64,000 nt of DNA from Bugula neritina (taxonomy: Eukaryota; Animalia; Bryozoa): the NCBI GenBank assembly GCA_964035545.1, contig OZ037771.1:13329133-13393132 (forward strand), read 5' to 3'. Both the position numbers and the translations under genes were made by a program. Positions 39,576 through 51,935 of the stretch are shown here, in pieces; within the stretch, counting starts at the first letter, position 1, and the number at the start of each line of letters is the position of its first letter. The notes beneath the pieces were generated by a model, which saw only the letters and a program-made list of their open reading frames with translations, was not told the origin of the DNA and ran no database searches.

Positions 39576-42500
39576 CTAAACACATGTGTCCTTGACAGCA
39601 TCATAGGTCAAGGTTTTATCAGAACAACTTGAGTCTAGAACCACATCTGCAATTCTTCCCTTTGAATTCTTCCTGGCTGCGATCAATCTATGATAAAAAT
39701 ATATGAAACAGGTTATTAGCCTTAAAACTAATATACGAAATTACAATCTTCCCTAACAGCAGGCAGTAAAATACTACAATAAAAATTTGATTGAAAACTT
39801 GTTAATTGCTTTATTCAAAATGTGGAATAAACAAACTTATAATATTAGACTGTGGGCTAAAATAAAAAGTGCAATCAACTAGTTGATATGCTTGATGGGC
39901 TAGCTGCGATTTGTCATTAGGTAAATCTAATATTTAAAAAAAAATTTTAACCAATCAACATGCAGAACTCACGGAGGATTGTGGGACAGAATGGTAATTT
40001 CCAAAAAGCTAGACGTCTCGAACTGGGCTAGCCTGTTTTTCAGTTGGGAAGACAAGAGAGAGGGTGGTGCCACAACATCTACGGAGTACTTGGTGTCAGT
40101 TGGCCAGTAGATCACAAGGTTGTTGTTGACGCAGGTGTAATATGGTGCCAATGTAGTCGACACAGCGCAATCTACAATGTCAATATACATGTTGACTGTC
40201 ATGATAAACAACTGCTACCTTTTTGGAGTTTTAGAGTTTAAAAGGTGAAAGACACAAAGTGGACAACTTAAGTACGGAGCTATTAGCATTCAATTTGTCA
40301 TTTTCATATAAACTTTGTGTAGAAAAAACCAGTAGCTACCATCGTTTTATTTGTTTTTAAGGAATTCAATCAGGAAAATATCTACTAGCCAGTAATTCCT
40401 AGTCACTAGAATTAATTGTAGCCTGACTTAAAATAACTAATACACTATTCTGAAAGAATAACATATCTTTGCTGAGCATAAAAACTTGCGGCTCAAAATA
40501 TCAGTTTAAACAATTCTTTGTGTAGCCTACCTACCTAGTGATAATGCTAATTAAAACAAAGTGAAAGGAAAATATTAGTGAATAATATACCAGTTGAGCA
40601 GACTTGTTTCAGCTGGTTCTTTCGCTGAGACAGAACGGATTGGAAGAAGGATCGGCCAGCGAGGTTGTTAAGAGAATCACACGTGACAGCATATTCCGTT
40701 TTGAACACCAACCTTCTCACGACAGGCGACATCTCTGGCAACAAGAATTATAAACTGAAACCATTGAAAGCCACTTATATTTAAAAAATCTCATAGTGCG
40801 CAAAATTTTTTGACCTTGAAGTTCAATTTTGTCTCTAAGTTATATGTGAGCTATGAAGCGGATACACTAATAGAAATATTTACTCCTTACTGTTGACAAT
40901 CACGTTGTATATGCAGTTCTTAGAGTTATCTGTTCTTGTCAAGGTGTGAACCCCTTCAGAGAAATAGCCGGTATCTCCTCCGGGAAGCAGAACTTCTGCC
41001 GTGACTGCCCCAGGAACTGGGTGCGCCGTGATGTTCGGGTAAGCTAAGCAACGCTCTAACTGATCGTCTGCTAGAGTATAGAATAAGGTCATGTAGAGTT
41101 GGACATATAAAGATCTACTACAACTGAGATCTTGAACTCACTGTTAACTACTTACCCGTTACAATAACATAGAATGGGCATTGCTTAGAATTGCTTTCTC
41201 TTTTGAATTTGTGGACTCCTTCCGAGAGGTATCCAGTATCGCCACCAGGGAGCGTTACTTTAGCGACAGATTGACCAGGATTTAGCTTAGCAGTGATGTT
41301 CCTATTTGGGCAATTTCCCGGCAACTTAATTCCTGAAATACATGTGCAATCAGCACTTAAGGAAGCAACTCATCTTATTGGCTAATAGAAACACAGATAC
41401 TGATTTTGCTTCTGTAAAAAGGATGTAAATTTCTTTAGAAAAAGTTCTTAAAATAGTCAAGTTGTCATTTACCCTCTTTTTTTAAGCATAGCATGCGGTT
41501 AGCATAGCAATTAAAGCTACAAGTTAACAAATACTGACCTTTCAGCTTGTAGATACGATCGTACAAGCCCACATATACATCATTTCCTGTTTTCACTATG
41601 GCTGATGGGCTGCTGGGTAACTTACTACTGGATGTGCAACTGTACTCTCCTTTGAAGCACACCGACTCAACTCTCTGCGTGTTAAAGTTTAATAATCTAA
41701 GTTTTTCGTTGCCTCGATCAGCGACAAGGAACAGGTTATCTTCTAACCCTATAACTTCGTACGGCTCAGAAAATCGAGTGTAGTTGAAAAAGCCATTAGT
41801 ATAGGCTCTAATAGATTTTGACCCAGTTACAAAAGTGTTAGTAGCAACATTTGCATTTGACCAGCTCACTCGAGAAATGTAGTGATTATTAGTGACTAAC
41901 AAATCTGCATTTGCTGCCCATGCCAGACCTTTTGGAAGGCTGAAATCAGATGCGATGACAGTATCAACTTCTCCTGTCTGAATGTTCACAGATCTCAATG
42001 CGTTGTTACCAGTATCAGCAACTAGCAGATAACCAGGGTTTCTTATATCTATCTCAACACCCGATGGGGACGAAAACTTTCCGGTACCCACTCTTCCTCT
42101 GTTGTAACCAGCCGAGCCGCAAGTTCCAGCAAGATCTCTGTAGCGCCCATCCACTCTGTTGAGCATCCATAAGCAGTTGCGTTTAGACAGCGACAGAACC
42201 ACGTGAGTTGAATTAATCTGCTTGAACCGGACAGCGGACTGTGTGACCCTCAACAGGGAAGTGCTGGAGGCAGTGGTTGCCAGGTACTGGTATGCGCCAT
42301 AGAGAATGCTTCCATCATTCTTGTACTGATCCAATTCCATGTGGTAGATTTGTGAGGTAGAGCTACGGTACAGCTCTGCATAGCTGAATGACACACTGCA
42401 TAGGAAAGATAATAAATTTGTTTGTTAAAAGAGGGAAGTGTTACACACATATGGGACTGAAATGCATCAAATTGACATTTGAAGAAGTCTACGTGTGCAC

Positions 42501-43074
42501 ATTAGGCATTTATATTCTATTTGGTTATTGGAAGTCAACAAACCAATATAGAACTATCTAGATTCTAGGTCAATCTATATGCCAACAAAAAGTTTATACT
42601 TATGTATCGCGGCAGTACTGAAAGTAGCAGTACTTGTTCAAGATTTCATTTAAAACTTATAAAAAGCAGCTGGATCCAGTAACCAGTTTATTAAATTATC
42701 ATTTCATCAAATTTTAATACAACAGTAATATAAACATTTTTTTAATCTTGCGTGAGTAATATAAACATATAGGAAATAGATTTCCTATTTAAAAGAAGTT
42801 GTAGTGAAATACAAGCAAACTAATGCTCACACAACTACGAAGGAACGGCTGATTTACCCATATTACCATATGCCACATAAGTTATTAGTTTCTCTTATAA
42901 AACTTATTCAAATAGCAATTGAAGAAGCTGCTATAAAAAACATCTCTAAAATCTAAGGTTTATCCTTAAATAACAAGAAGAGAAGACAGTAGCTACTGAC
43001 ATACTATAGTGGTTAGCTTACCTTGCCGGCGTGTCCTCACTAGATGCTAGCCAAATGCAGCCAGCCAGCAAGCT
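39576..43074 (-). CDS. Probably secreted NHL-repeat beta-propeller protein with two short HYR-like repeats and a Cys-containing C-terminal domain
   Basis: Approximate exons 43074-43022, 42395-41539, 41332-41156, 41070-40891, 40734-40591, 40195-39973, 39687-39576 join in phase. NHL motifs FSSPSGV...LLVADTGNNALR and FSEPYEV...LVADRGNEKLR; duplicated NITA...LPGGDTGY.SEGVH...C.(F/Y).VIV. Start codon unresolved (ATG at 43123 or 43185). Confidence 0.85.
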
Positions 43075-44014
43075 CTAAAATTATTAGGTAAATAATGAGG
43101 AACTTCTAATTAATAATTACCATGATTTAGGACAGACTATACTAGATCTTTCAGCTCTATTTGAAATAAGTTTCAAGTGCGCCATGATAGTGCCAACACA
43201 TCTGTTGTGCTCAAACATCATTTGTCAATTCTTTGTCTGGGTTGAAACTCACACATTTATTGAAATGCTCAAATTGCTGCCAAAACAGTAAGAATTTTGC
43301 ACAAGTTAGGAATTTAGTCTACAGAATTCAATTTGTTTATTTATTTTTTCACACAGATTTATATTTATATGTTTGAGCAACCCTCCAGTTTTTAATACTA
43401 GCAAAATATTCCTTATATTTGTATGGCTATGTCTTGTATATGATAACTTACAGCTACGAGTAATGAATTCTTCATCTCCCCTCCTGTTCTCTTTTCCTAT
43501 AAGTTGCAGTACAACTATTGCACTGCCCAAATTCCAAGTCCTGGAATCGAAATGATTGCACGTCATAAATAGCAGCAGGATACTCTCTGAGCAGATGGTT
43601 TTTCTCACCGTTACTGTTATCTTTTCAGGAATGTTGACAACACACCCATTAAATATTGTGTTTTAATGAAAGAAATATACAGCTCAACTGTTGAATACTA
43701 ATCAATAAAATCAACATTAACATTTTTAATATACAACTCTTGGCTAAAAGTGTGTCGCACAAGCATCTCGTACTTTTCTCTCAGCATGTTAGACGCTTGA
43801 AAATCCGCATGCAACGTCCAGTTTTTGGGCTAAATGAAATTTCTCGCACGTCACGCTCATTATTGTAAGACACGTCGTGTGGCACTACACTTACTATTTG
43901 TTAAAGGTTGTTGTACATATATAGAAACTTTTAATAATTAATGGCTGCCAGTGATTATAAACAAATTAGTTGTTTTATGATTTACAGAAAAGTAAAACAG
44001 AAACATGTGAAAAA

Positions 44015-44118
44015 CAATTGCCCCCACCGGGATTCGAACCCGAGACCCCTGGCCTGCAAGCAAGTTTGCTAACCATTACACCACAGGGATCACTGGGTAA
44101 ACTCATCACTACAGAATG
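44015..44118 (-). repeat. tRNA-like repeat (A and B boxes) with shared 5' flank; second copy ~48580-48670
   Basis: Minus strand TGGTGTAATGGTTAGC...GGGTTCGAATCCC; the anticodon arm does not pair; CTGGGTAAACTCA...CTACAGA is shared with the 48.6-kb copy. Confidence 0.65.
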
Positions 44119-44805
44119 GAGTACAACAGCTATGCATTAACTACTTAGAAATGAGACATTTACAATAAGTTACTTACACAGTTATATATAATACAAATCT
44201 CCCACATTCAAAACATTTCCAACATTTCCTTCTAATATATAAGAATTTTATACGTAAATAGCTAGAAGAGTAGGTATATTAATAAAAACTAGTTTATTAC
44301 ATAATTCTCGTGTATTTTTTTCACTGCATGACCAGACATAAAATTATATGTTTCTGACAAAATGAATAGGTAAGTGGTATTAAAGTTCAAAATAATAGCA
44401 GCATTTATCAAAACAAACATAAGCAAAACAATGTATGACCAAAATCTAAGTTGCAATTTTAATTTCAACATCTCTTAGTAGCACCAGTTTAAGGGAGGAC
44501 CTACTTAAGTCTAATTATCGCTAATATATTATTGAAACCAGTAGACAGCATTTTGGTTGCATAAAAATTCAACAAAAGCCATACATTCAACCTATATTGT
44601 AGCCAAAGATATAATGTAGAACCTTGATAAAAATAGAAGAGAGAAATGGCATAATATTGATTATTTTCTATGTATTATGTGAACAAGAAATTACCTATCA
44701 TTTTCCTATACTGCTATATAATGAAACAACTTAGACAAAAAAAGATAGAAATGTGAACTGATACACTATTGGCCAGCTAAAAGGATAAAAATGAAAGCTG
44801 GTATA

Positions 44806-47800
44806 CTATTGGTCAGTTTCAGTCAACTTAGTGACCTCATCATCATCCAGTGGAATGTCTTCGTTGTTTGCCGGAACATTCTTCTTTCGGTTCAGACAGA
44901 TACAAGTCATCCTCGGCTTCAAAATGAAATTTCATAAAAAATTATTAAAGCTGGCATGGCATAAACTATATAGTGGGCTAATAAGTGAGAGATAGGGAGA
45001 TAACTCCTGAGAAAAAGTTTGTGCTGTATACACACCTAATTGCAACAGATAATGAGCTACATATATAATTGAGCTTTGTTTTTAAATTTTACCAATATAA
45101 AATTCCAAATAAAAAATGAATAGAGAAAAATGCGATTTAGCATATATAAAATTTGTAAACTCGAAAAAAAGTTTATTTACTAGAATTACCTGCAATCTAA
45201 TGAACAGACACACAGCACCTGCAAATGATGCTTCCACACCTAGACTGAGGACCACACAAGATGCTCCAAGTGCAGCTCCTGACAACCTGTAAAACAAATA
45301 AACCTACAGTATAAAACTAAGTCTAAGAATCTTGAATAAGGAATATTTTATATGTCTATATGAGCTGCAACACTGAATAATAATAAGACGAGAAAATCTA
45401 CCCGACTGATGGAAGAGTCAACAGGAAAAGAACCAGTGATGATAATCTAAACACAGCAGACGGCATGAGATATAGAGTTTTCTCTTTCATCATCACTATT
45501 CCGGTGAAATAGGACCTGGTTCCCACTAAAAAACCCAACAATAGTTTAATGTTCTCAACGACAGAACAGGCAAAACGTTTCCATAAAAGCACGATTAATT
45601 TAAAAAAGTTTTTAAAAGATTAACTGCACGTTATAGATGCCAATAACTTAATGTAAAAACACTGGATAAACTTGAAACAATGGAAACTGATCAGCTGTGA
45701 AAAAGCTGTACAGATTTACTTACAAAATACACAATAGATATACTTACAGAGTAAATATGCTTACACAGTAGGTATACTTACACAGTGGATGTACTTACAC
45801 TTACAGAACATGTATGGTAGATGTACTTACAGATCACACATGGTAGATGTACTTACAAATCACACATGCTAGATGTACTTACAGAACACACACGATAGAT
45901 GTACTTACAGATCACACATGGTAGATATACTTACAGAACACGCATGGTAGATGTACTTACATAACACGCACGGTAGTTGTACTTACAGATCACACACGGT
46001 AGATGTACTTACAGATCACACATGGTAGATGTACTTACAGAACACACACGGTAGATGTACTTACAGAACACACACGGTAGATGTACTTACAGATCACACA
46101 CGGTAGATGTACTTACAAATCACACATGGTAGATGTACTTACAAATCACACATGGTAGATGTACTTACAGAACACACACGGTAGATGTACTTACAAAACA
46201 CACACGGTAGATGTACTTACAAATCACACATGGTAGATGTACTTACAGAATACGCATGGTAGATGTACTTACAGATCACACACGGTAGATGTACTTACAG
46301 ATCACACATGGTAGATGTACTTACAGAACACACACGGTAGATGTACTTACAGAACACACACGGTAGATGTACTTACATAACACACACGGTAGATGTACTT
46401 ACAGATCACACATGGTAGATGTACTTACAAATCACACATGGTAGATGTACTTACAGATCACACGTGGTAGATGTACTTACAGAACACACACGGTAGATGT
46501 ACTTACAGAACACACACGGTAGATGTACTTACAGAACACACACGGTAGATGTACTTACAGATCACACACGGTAGATGTACTTACAAATCACACATGGTAG
46601 ATGTACTTACAGAACACGCATGGTAGAATAAATACTTTCAGAGGTGTCAGACTCATCTCAGCTAACTCATCCGTTACCCCAATAATTCTCCTCATTATGA
46701 AGTATGCCACTCCAGGAGTGTAGAAGAGTAACAGATGAGCAGCGAAAGTCACGCCTATACACATGGCCGAGAATATCGCTATGATCTAAAAATAGTCACA
46801 CGGACTCATAAAAAATAATCCTTATTTGATTCTTTCATCTGGACTGGTTAAGTTACATGCTTTATTAATTTGACTAAAACATTATCAAAAATTTAAATGA
46901 AAAGTACTAAAATAAGCTTAATTTTAAATTTCCTGTAAAGCAAGGAAGTTTTTTGTTTTGTTAGAAGCTCACTTTAGATGGGAACTTTTCATGTGTTGAA
47001 GTTTTCCGATGAAAAGTTGGATGTAAAGTAACTAAATCAAGCACCCAGGCATACAGAATCTTACTTGTGGGATAAACTGTTGTTAACACAGCAACAGCCT
47101 GCAAAAGACAACAAAAACTTTAAAATACTTTGAATAATAAATGAAATGTGACTCAAACCCAAACAAACATAAACTATTGGTGAGTAAAACGTCACAGCAA
47201 CAGCCTGTAAAAGATAACACAAGCTGGAGCCATTGTTTGAATCAGAGTACAGATTAGTAGTTCTAACCCAAAAGAGATAATATTGGTAAAGACAACATCA
47301 CAGTAATACCTTAGCTCCAGCCTCTTTGCTAACTGTCCTAGCCAAGTTCCTGGAAATGACTAAGTTTACTGCCGGACGACACATTTCTTGAACAACGCGT
47401 ATCGTAACCATGGGAAACCAGAACTTCAAAACTCTTTTGAGAGTGATTAGTTCCTATATATTTTATAATATTTTATAACTTAAATGCACAGAATTTTAAA
47501 AATGGTTGAAATAGTTAGGAACTTAATTATTCTCTTAGAAGAAGTTTTGTTAATGACAGGTAAAAAAGATTTCTGCGGATGGAATTTTCCAAATGAGTGA
47601 ATCAGTTTTAGTACAGCACAACCCAGTTATTCAGCCTGGTTACCAAAGTAAAAATTAATTTACATATAATAACTTTTTAACTTACTTTACTTACTTTAAT
47701 CACATTGTAACTTGCTATACTTACTTTAACCATGCTGTAACTTACTTTGCCAGGATGTCTCTCTGGGAGATTATCTCTGGCCAAGACGTACCAGAAGCCT

Positions 47801-50800
47801 ACAGTCACTATTAGTCTACCGATGAGTCCGGCATAGAGAGCGGAGACAGGAACCAGGACTGGTTCTGTACGGGTTGGTGTGAAGAGTAATACTACTATGA
47901 AGAGAACCTGCAATAAGTGTCATACTGTGTCATACTGTGTCATACTGTGTCATACTGTGTCATATGGTGTCATAATATTCAGTATGAGTTGGTGTAATGA
48001 GTAATACTACCATGAAGAGAACTTGCAATAAGTGTCATAATGTGTCATACAATGTCATGATGTGTCATAATGTATGAATAGCTAGCATAATATGTGTCAA
48101 TGTATCACAATGAGTTGAACAATGTAGATATGGGTTGCATGTTGACCTAATTTGTCCTAATATATATGGAATGTATTTATTGATATATAAGTAGGGAGTA
48201 AAATGACCTGCATAGTGAAGCCTGTGAACTTAGCAACAGCAGCTTGGAATGTCAGCTTTTCATAAACTAATCTTCCCTCAAAATATGATGCCTGCAGATG
48301 AGAAATAAAACAACAGATTTAAATTGATCACATCATAATAATCAATATATCATACGTCACTTTATTACAAAGCAATACATCATACCCCCACTAAGCGTAT
48401 ATGAAACTAGCATATTTTAATATAAATATTATATTTTATTCTAGAGCCGTAGCTATTAGACAACGCTTACTCTGGAATATTTAATTACAATTTGGTGTGT
48501 GTATAAACTGTAATTTTTAGCATTGCAGAACAAATTCTTTTATTTTATATGCAGAAATAAATCTGATGATGTAAAACTTCGTTCACACTGGGATTCAAAC
48601 TCAAGAATTGCAAGCAGGCCCGCTACCATTACACCACTGGGACTACTGGGTAAACTCAGCCCTACAGATGACAACATTTCAAACTATACTAGATGTATAA
48701 ATAATTTATATCATTCTGGCCACAAATTCTCTTTAAATTTACATTGACCACATTACTTTGCTGATTAATTGCTTGATAATGAGAAAAAATGGATGCAAAA
48801 CTTACGAAAGCTTCTATGATAAGTGTTGGACTGACATAACTGATAATTGAGCACGTCATCTTAGAAACCTCACTGCTTTGTCTGTGCAGGTCTTGAATTA
48901 ACAAAGTTCCAAGAGGAGATAACCCTAAATTAAGTTTGAACAAATACAGCTTTGAGAATATTGTAGTGGGAAACAAAACAGACATATTATTATGTGTAGA
49001 AGAAACCAATCAAGTGGGAAATATACCCCGAGGATCATGAGTTGAACTTTCAAATAAAATACGATAGCTAAATAATATGCTAAAAAACAAGCAAGTTTAC
49101 TTTTTTTTTATAAAATAACTTGTTCTATGTTAGTTGGTAATCTAACCTGTTTAGAGAATAAAGAGTGATCGGGCAACTAACATATTTAATATAAATATAG
49201 TGAAGATTAGTAATAATTAGAGTGCTTTGTTATTCTGTTCATATAATAACAGCAATCACTTTATTCTAGAGAAAAGCTATGAGAATAATGAGATTAGTTT
49301 ACCTACATGTGAACTTCAGATTAAAACAGTTTAGATTATCTCTTAAATTGTTTACCTTTACATTCCTTAATGTCCATTAGTTTACCTACAGCTTTTCTAT
49401 AAACAGCTCAACACTATAGCGAATCTCTTCTACCAGTATTACACTTTTACCTGCAGTATATTTGCTATATAAATTACCTGCAGCATACTTACTTACAGTA
49501 TATACTTACCTACAGTATACTTACCTACAATATACTTACCTACAGTATACTTACCTGCAATATACTCACTTACAATATGCTTACCTACAGTACACTTACC
49601 TACAATATACTTACCTACAATATACTCACTTACAATATACTTACCTACAGTATACTTACTTACAATATACTCACTTACAGTATACTTACCTACAGTATAC
49701 TTACCTACAATATACTTACCTACAGTATACTTACCTGCAATATACTCACTTACAATATGCTTACCTACAGTATACTTATCTGTATACTCACTTACAATAT
49801 ACTTACCTACAATATACTTACCTATAGTAAGAAGTAAAGAAAACAGAGCTACACCAAGAGCAGCACTTATTCCCACCATCTTTTTGTTATCCTGTCTACA
49901 GTGTACCAAGTTGATGCTCACATTCCTCAGCTCAACTGTTCATTTATTGAAAATATTTATTATAGCTTATGTACATCTATATAATATGTAGTTGAACTCC
50001 AAGAGAGTAAGTTTTTATACTTAAAATATGGAATAAATAAGTATTGAAAGTTTGAAAAAAAATTTATACTAAAATTTTCACTTGTCTTTATCATTACAAG
50101 CAATTATCTTCAAGTATTTGAGAGAAAGGGATAAAAATTGAAAATTAGTTTTATGTTTTACAGTTTTTGGTGCACAATAAAGAAAGTTCATCAAAAAACC
50201 AAAATACGCTCTATTATAATTTGATGAAACATCCCTGGTTTGATATTTTGATTATTTAATTGCTTATAAACTATTAAATACATTATTTTACTAAACAAAC
50301 TAAAAACTTCAGAAAGATGTTTTACACCAAATTGAGAAGCAGAAAGCTTCTATTTAATTGGGAGTTGTCTACTTACAGGCCATGCCGGCAAATATCTTTG
50401 TAACATAGTAGGCGAGTCCATAACTAGCGAGAAGAGTTATCATTTCATCTGATGCTATGGAAGTTATTCCTCGGTTTATGGACTGAGAATAAATACAATA
50501 ACATATATATAATATATACTTTATATACAATATATTAATATATATTATATATATACTGTCTATACAATACATCAAAATATTTAACATATATATACTGTTT
50601 ATAATATATATAATACATGCTGTATGTACAATATATACTGTATATACGATATATCAACATAATATATAATAGATATCGTATATACTTAACAGTTAACCAT
50701 ATATAGTACATACTGTATATACAACATATAACATGTATAATATATATATGTTGTATATACATGTGCAATACATAAAATATATAATGTATACTGTATATAC

Positions 50801-51935
50801 AATGTATTACCATATGTAATATATACTGTATATACAGTAGGTACCATATGTAATATATACTGTATATACAGTAGGTACCATATGTAATATATACTGTATA
50901 TACAGTAGGTAACATATGTAATATATACTGTATATACAGTAGGTAACATATGTAATATATACTGTATATACAGTAGGTAACATATGTAATATATACTGTA
51001 TATACAGTAGGTAACATATGTAATATATACTGTATATACAGTAGGTAACATATGTAATATATACTGTATATACAGTAGGTAACATATGTAATATATACTG
51101 TATATACAGTAGGTAACATATGTAATATATACTGTATATACAGTAGGTAACATATGTAATATATACTGTATATACAGTAGGTAACATATGTAATATATAC
51201 TGTATATACAGTAGGTAACATATGTAATATATACTGTATATACAGTAGGTAACATATGTAATATATACTGTATATACAGTAGGTAACATATGTAATATAT
51301 ACTGTATATACAGTAGGTAACATATGTAATATATACTGTATATACAGTAGGTAACATATGTAATATATACTGTATATACAGTAGGTAACATATGTAATAT
51401 ATACTGTATATACAGTAGGTAACATATGTAATATATACTGTATATACAGTAGGTAACATATGTAATATATACTGTATATACAGTAGGTAACATATGTAAT
51501 ATATACTGTATATACAGTAGGTAACATATGTAATATATACTGTATATACAGTAGGTAACATATGTAATCTAGAGAAAAAGCACCATGATACAAAATGAAG
51601 ACCCCCTTGACTGCAACAACTACAGGAGATCAAACTTCCCGGCCACTCACTTAGGCTGTGGGAGGGAGTGATTGAGTCAAGGTTGAGAGATATAGTGATG
51701 ATTAGTGAAAGACAGTACGGCTTCCAGAAAGGAAAGTCAATGTTCTGCTTGCGGAAAAGATTAGAAAGTTCGCCAGTAAATTAACACGACTCGCCTGTTC
51801 TGCCACCTCTGGCACCATGTTGGTGATGAGTAAAGGCAGCATAAACTTAGCCAACATTCCTAGTCTCTGCAAAGTAGTATGTTGGGCGGGTTGTCTCTCA
51901 TCGCTCCCCTCTTCCAAACTACTCAATTTAGCCAT
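44806..51935 (-). CDS. ANKH: Progressive ankylosis protein homolog, copy B, 12 coding exons
   Basis: Approximate exons 51935-51795, 50482-50377, 49935-49822, 48924-48806, 48291-48208, 47907-47746, 47453-47310, 47098-46973, 46785-46611, 45527-45403, 45287-45190, 44916-44806. KFMLPLLITN...EQSINRGI...LLASYGLAY, FWFP...RPAVNL.ISRNL, AVAVLTTVYP, FYTPGVA, GAALG match ANKH. Confidence 0.92.
45720..46628 (-). repeat. 26-bp minisatellite made of the ANKH-B exon 9/intron junction
   Basis: Sense unit ATCTACC(A/G)TGTGTG(A/T)TCT|GTAAGTAC, about 30 copies; copies the end of the exon (TTCTACCATGCGTGTTCT) plus the donor. Confidence 0.92.
49487..49821 (-). repeat. 15-bp minisatellite of AG|GTAAGT donor motif after ANKH-B exon 3
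   Basis: Sense unit GTAAGTATA(T/C)TGTAG, about 22 copies; open in the exon frame (GKYIV repeats in ORF 49493-49921). Confidence 0.92.
50811..51568. repeat. Highly homogeneous 34-bp minisatellite in ANKH-B intron 1
   Basis: Unit CATATGTAATATATACTGTATATACAGTAGGTAA, about 22 copies; each contains the 16-bp palindrome TACTGTATATACAGTA. Confidence 0.95.

Noticed and set aside
44020-44090. Functional tRNA gene
   Set aside because: A and B boxes are present, but the anticodon and acceptor stems do not pair properly; a degenerate second copy indicates a repeat.
45720-46628. Possible CRISPR-like array
   Set aside because: Head-to-tail units without unique spacers, eukaryotic intron context, no cas genes.
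50535-51633. Long ORFs of 228-352 aa
   Set aside because: Translations of the stop-free 34-bp satellite in all three frames; intronic.
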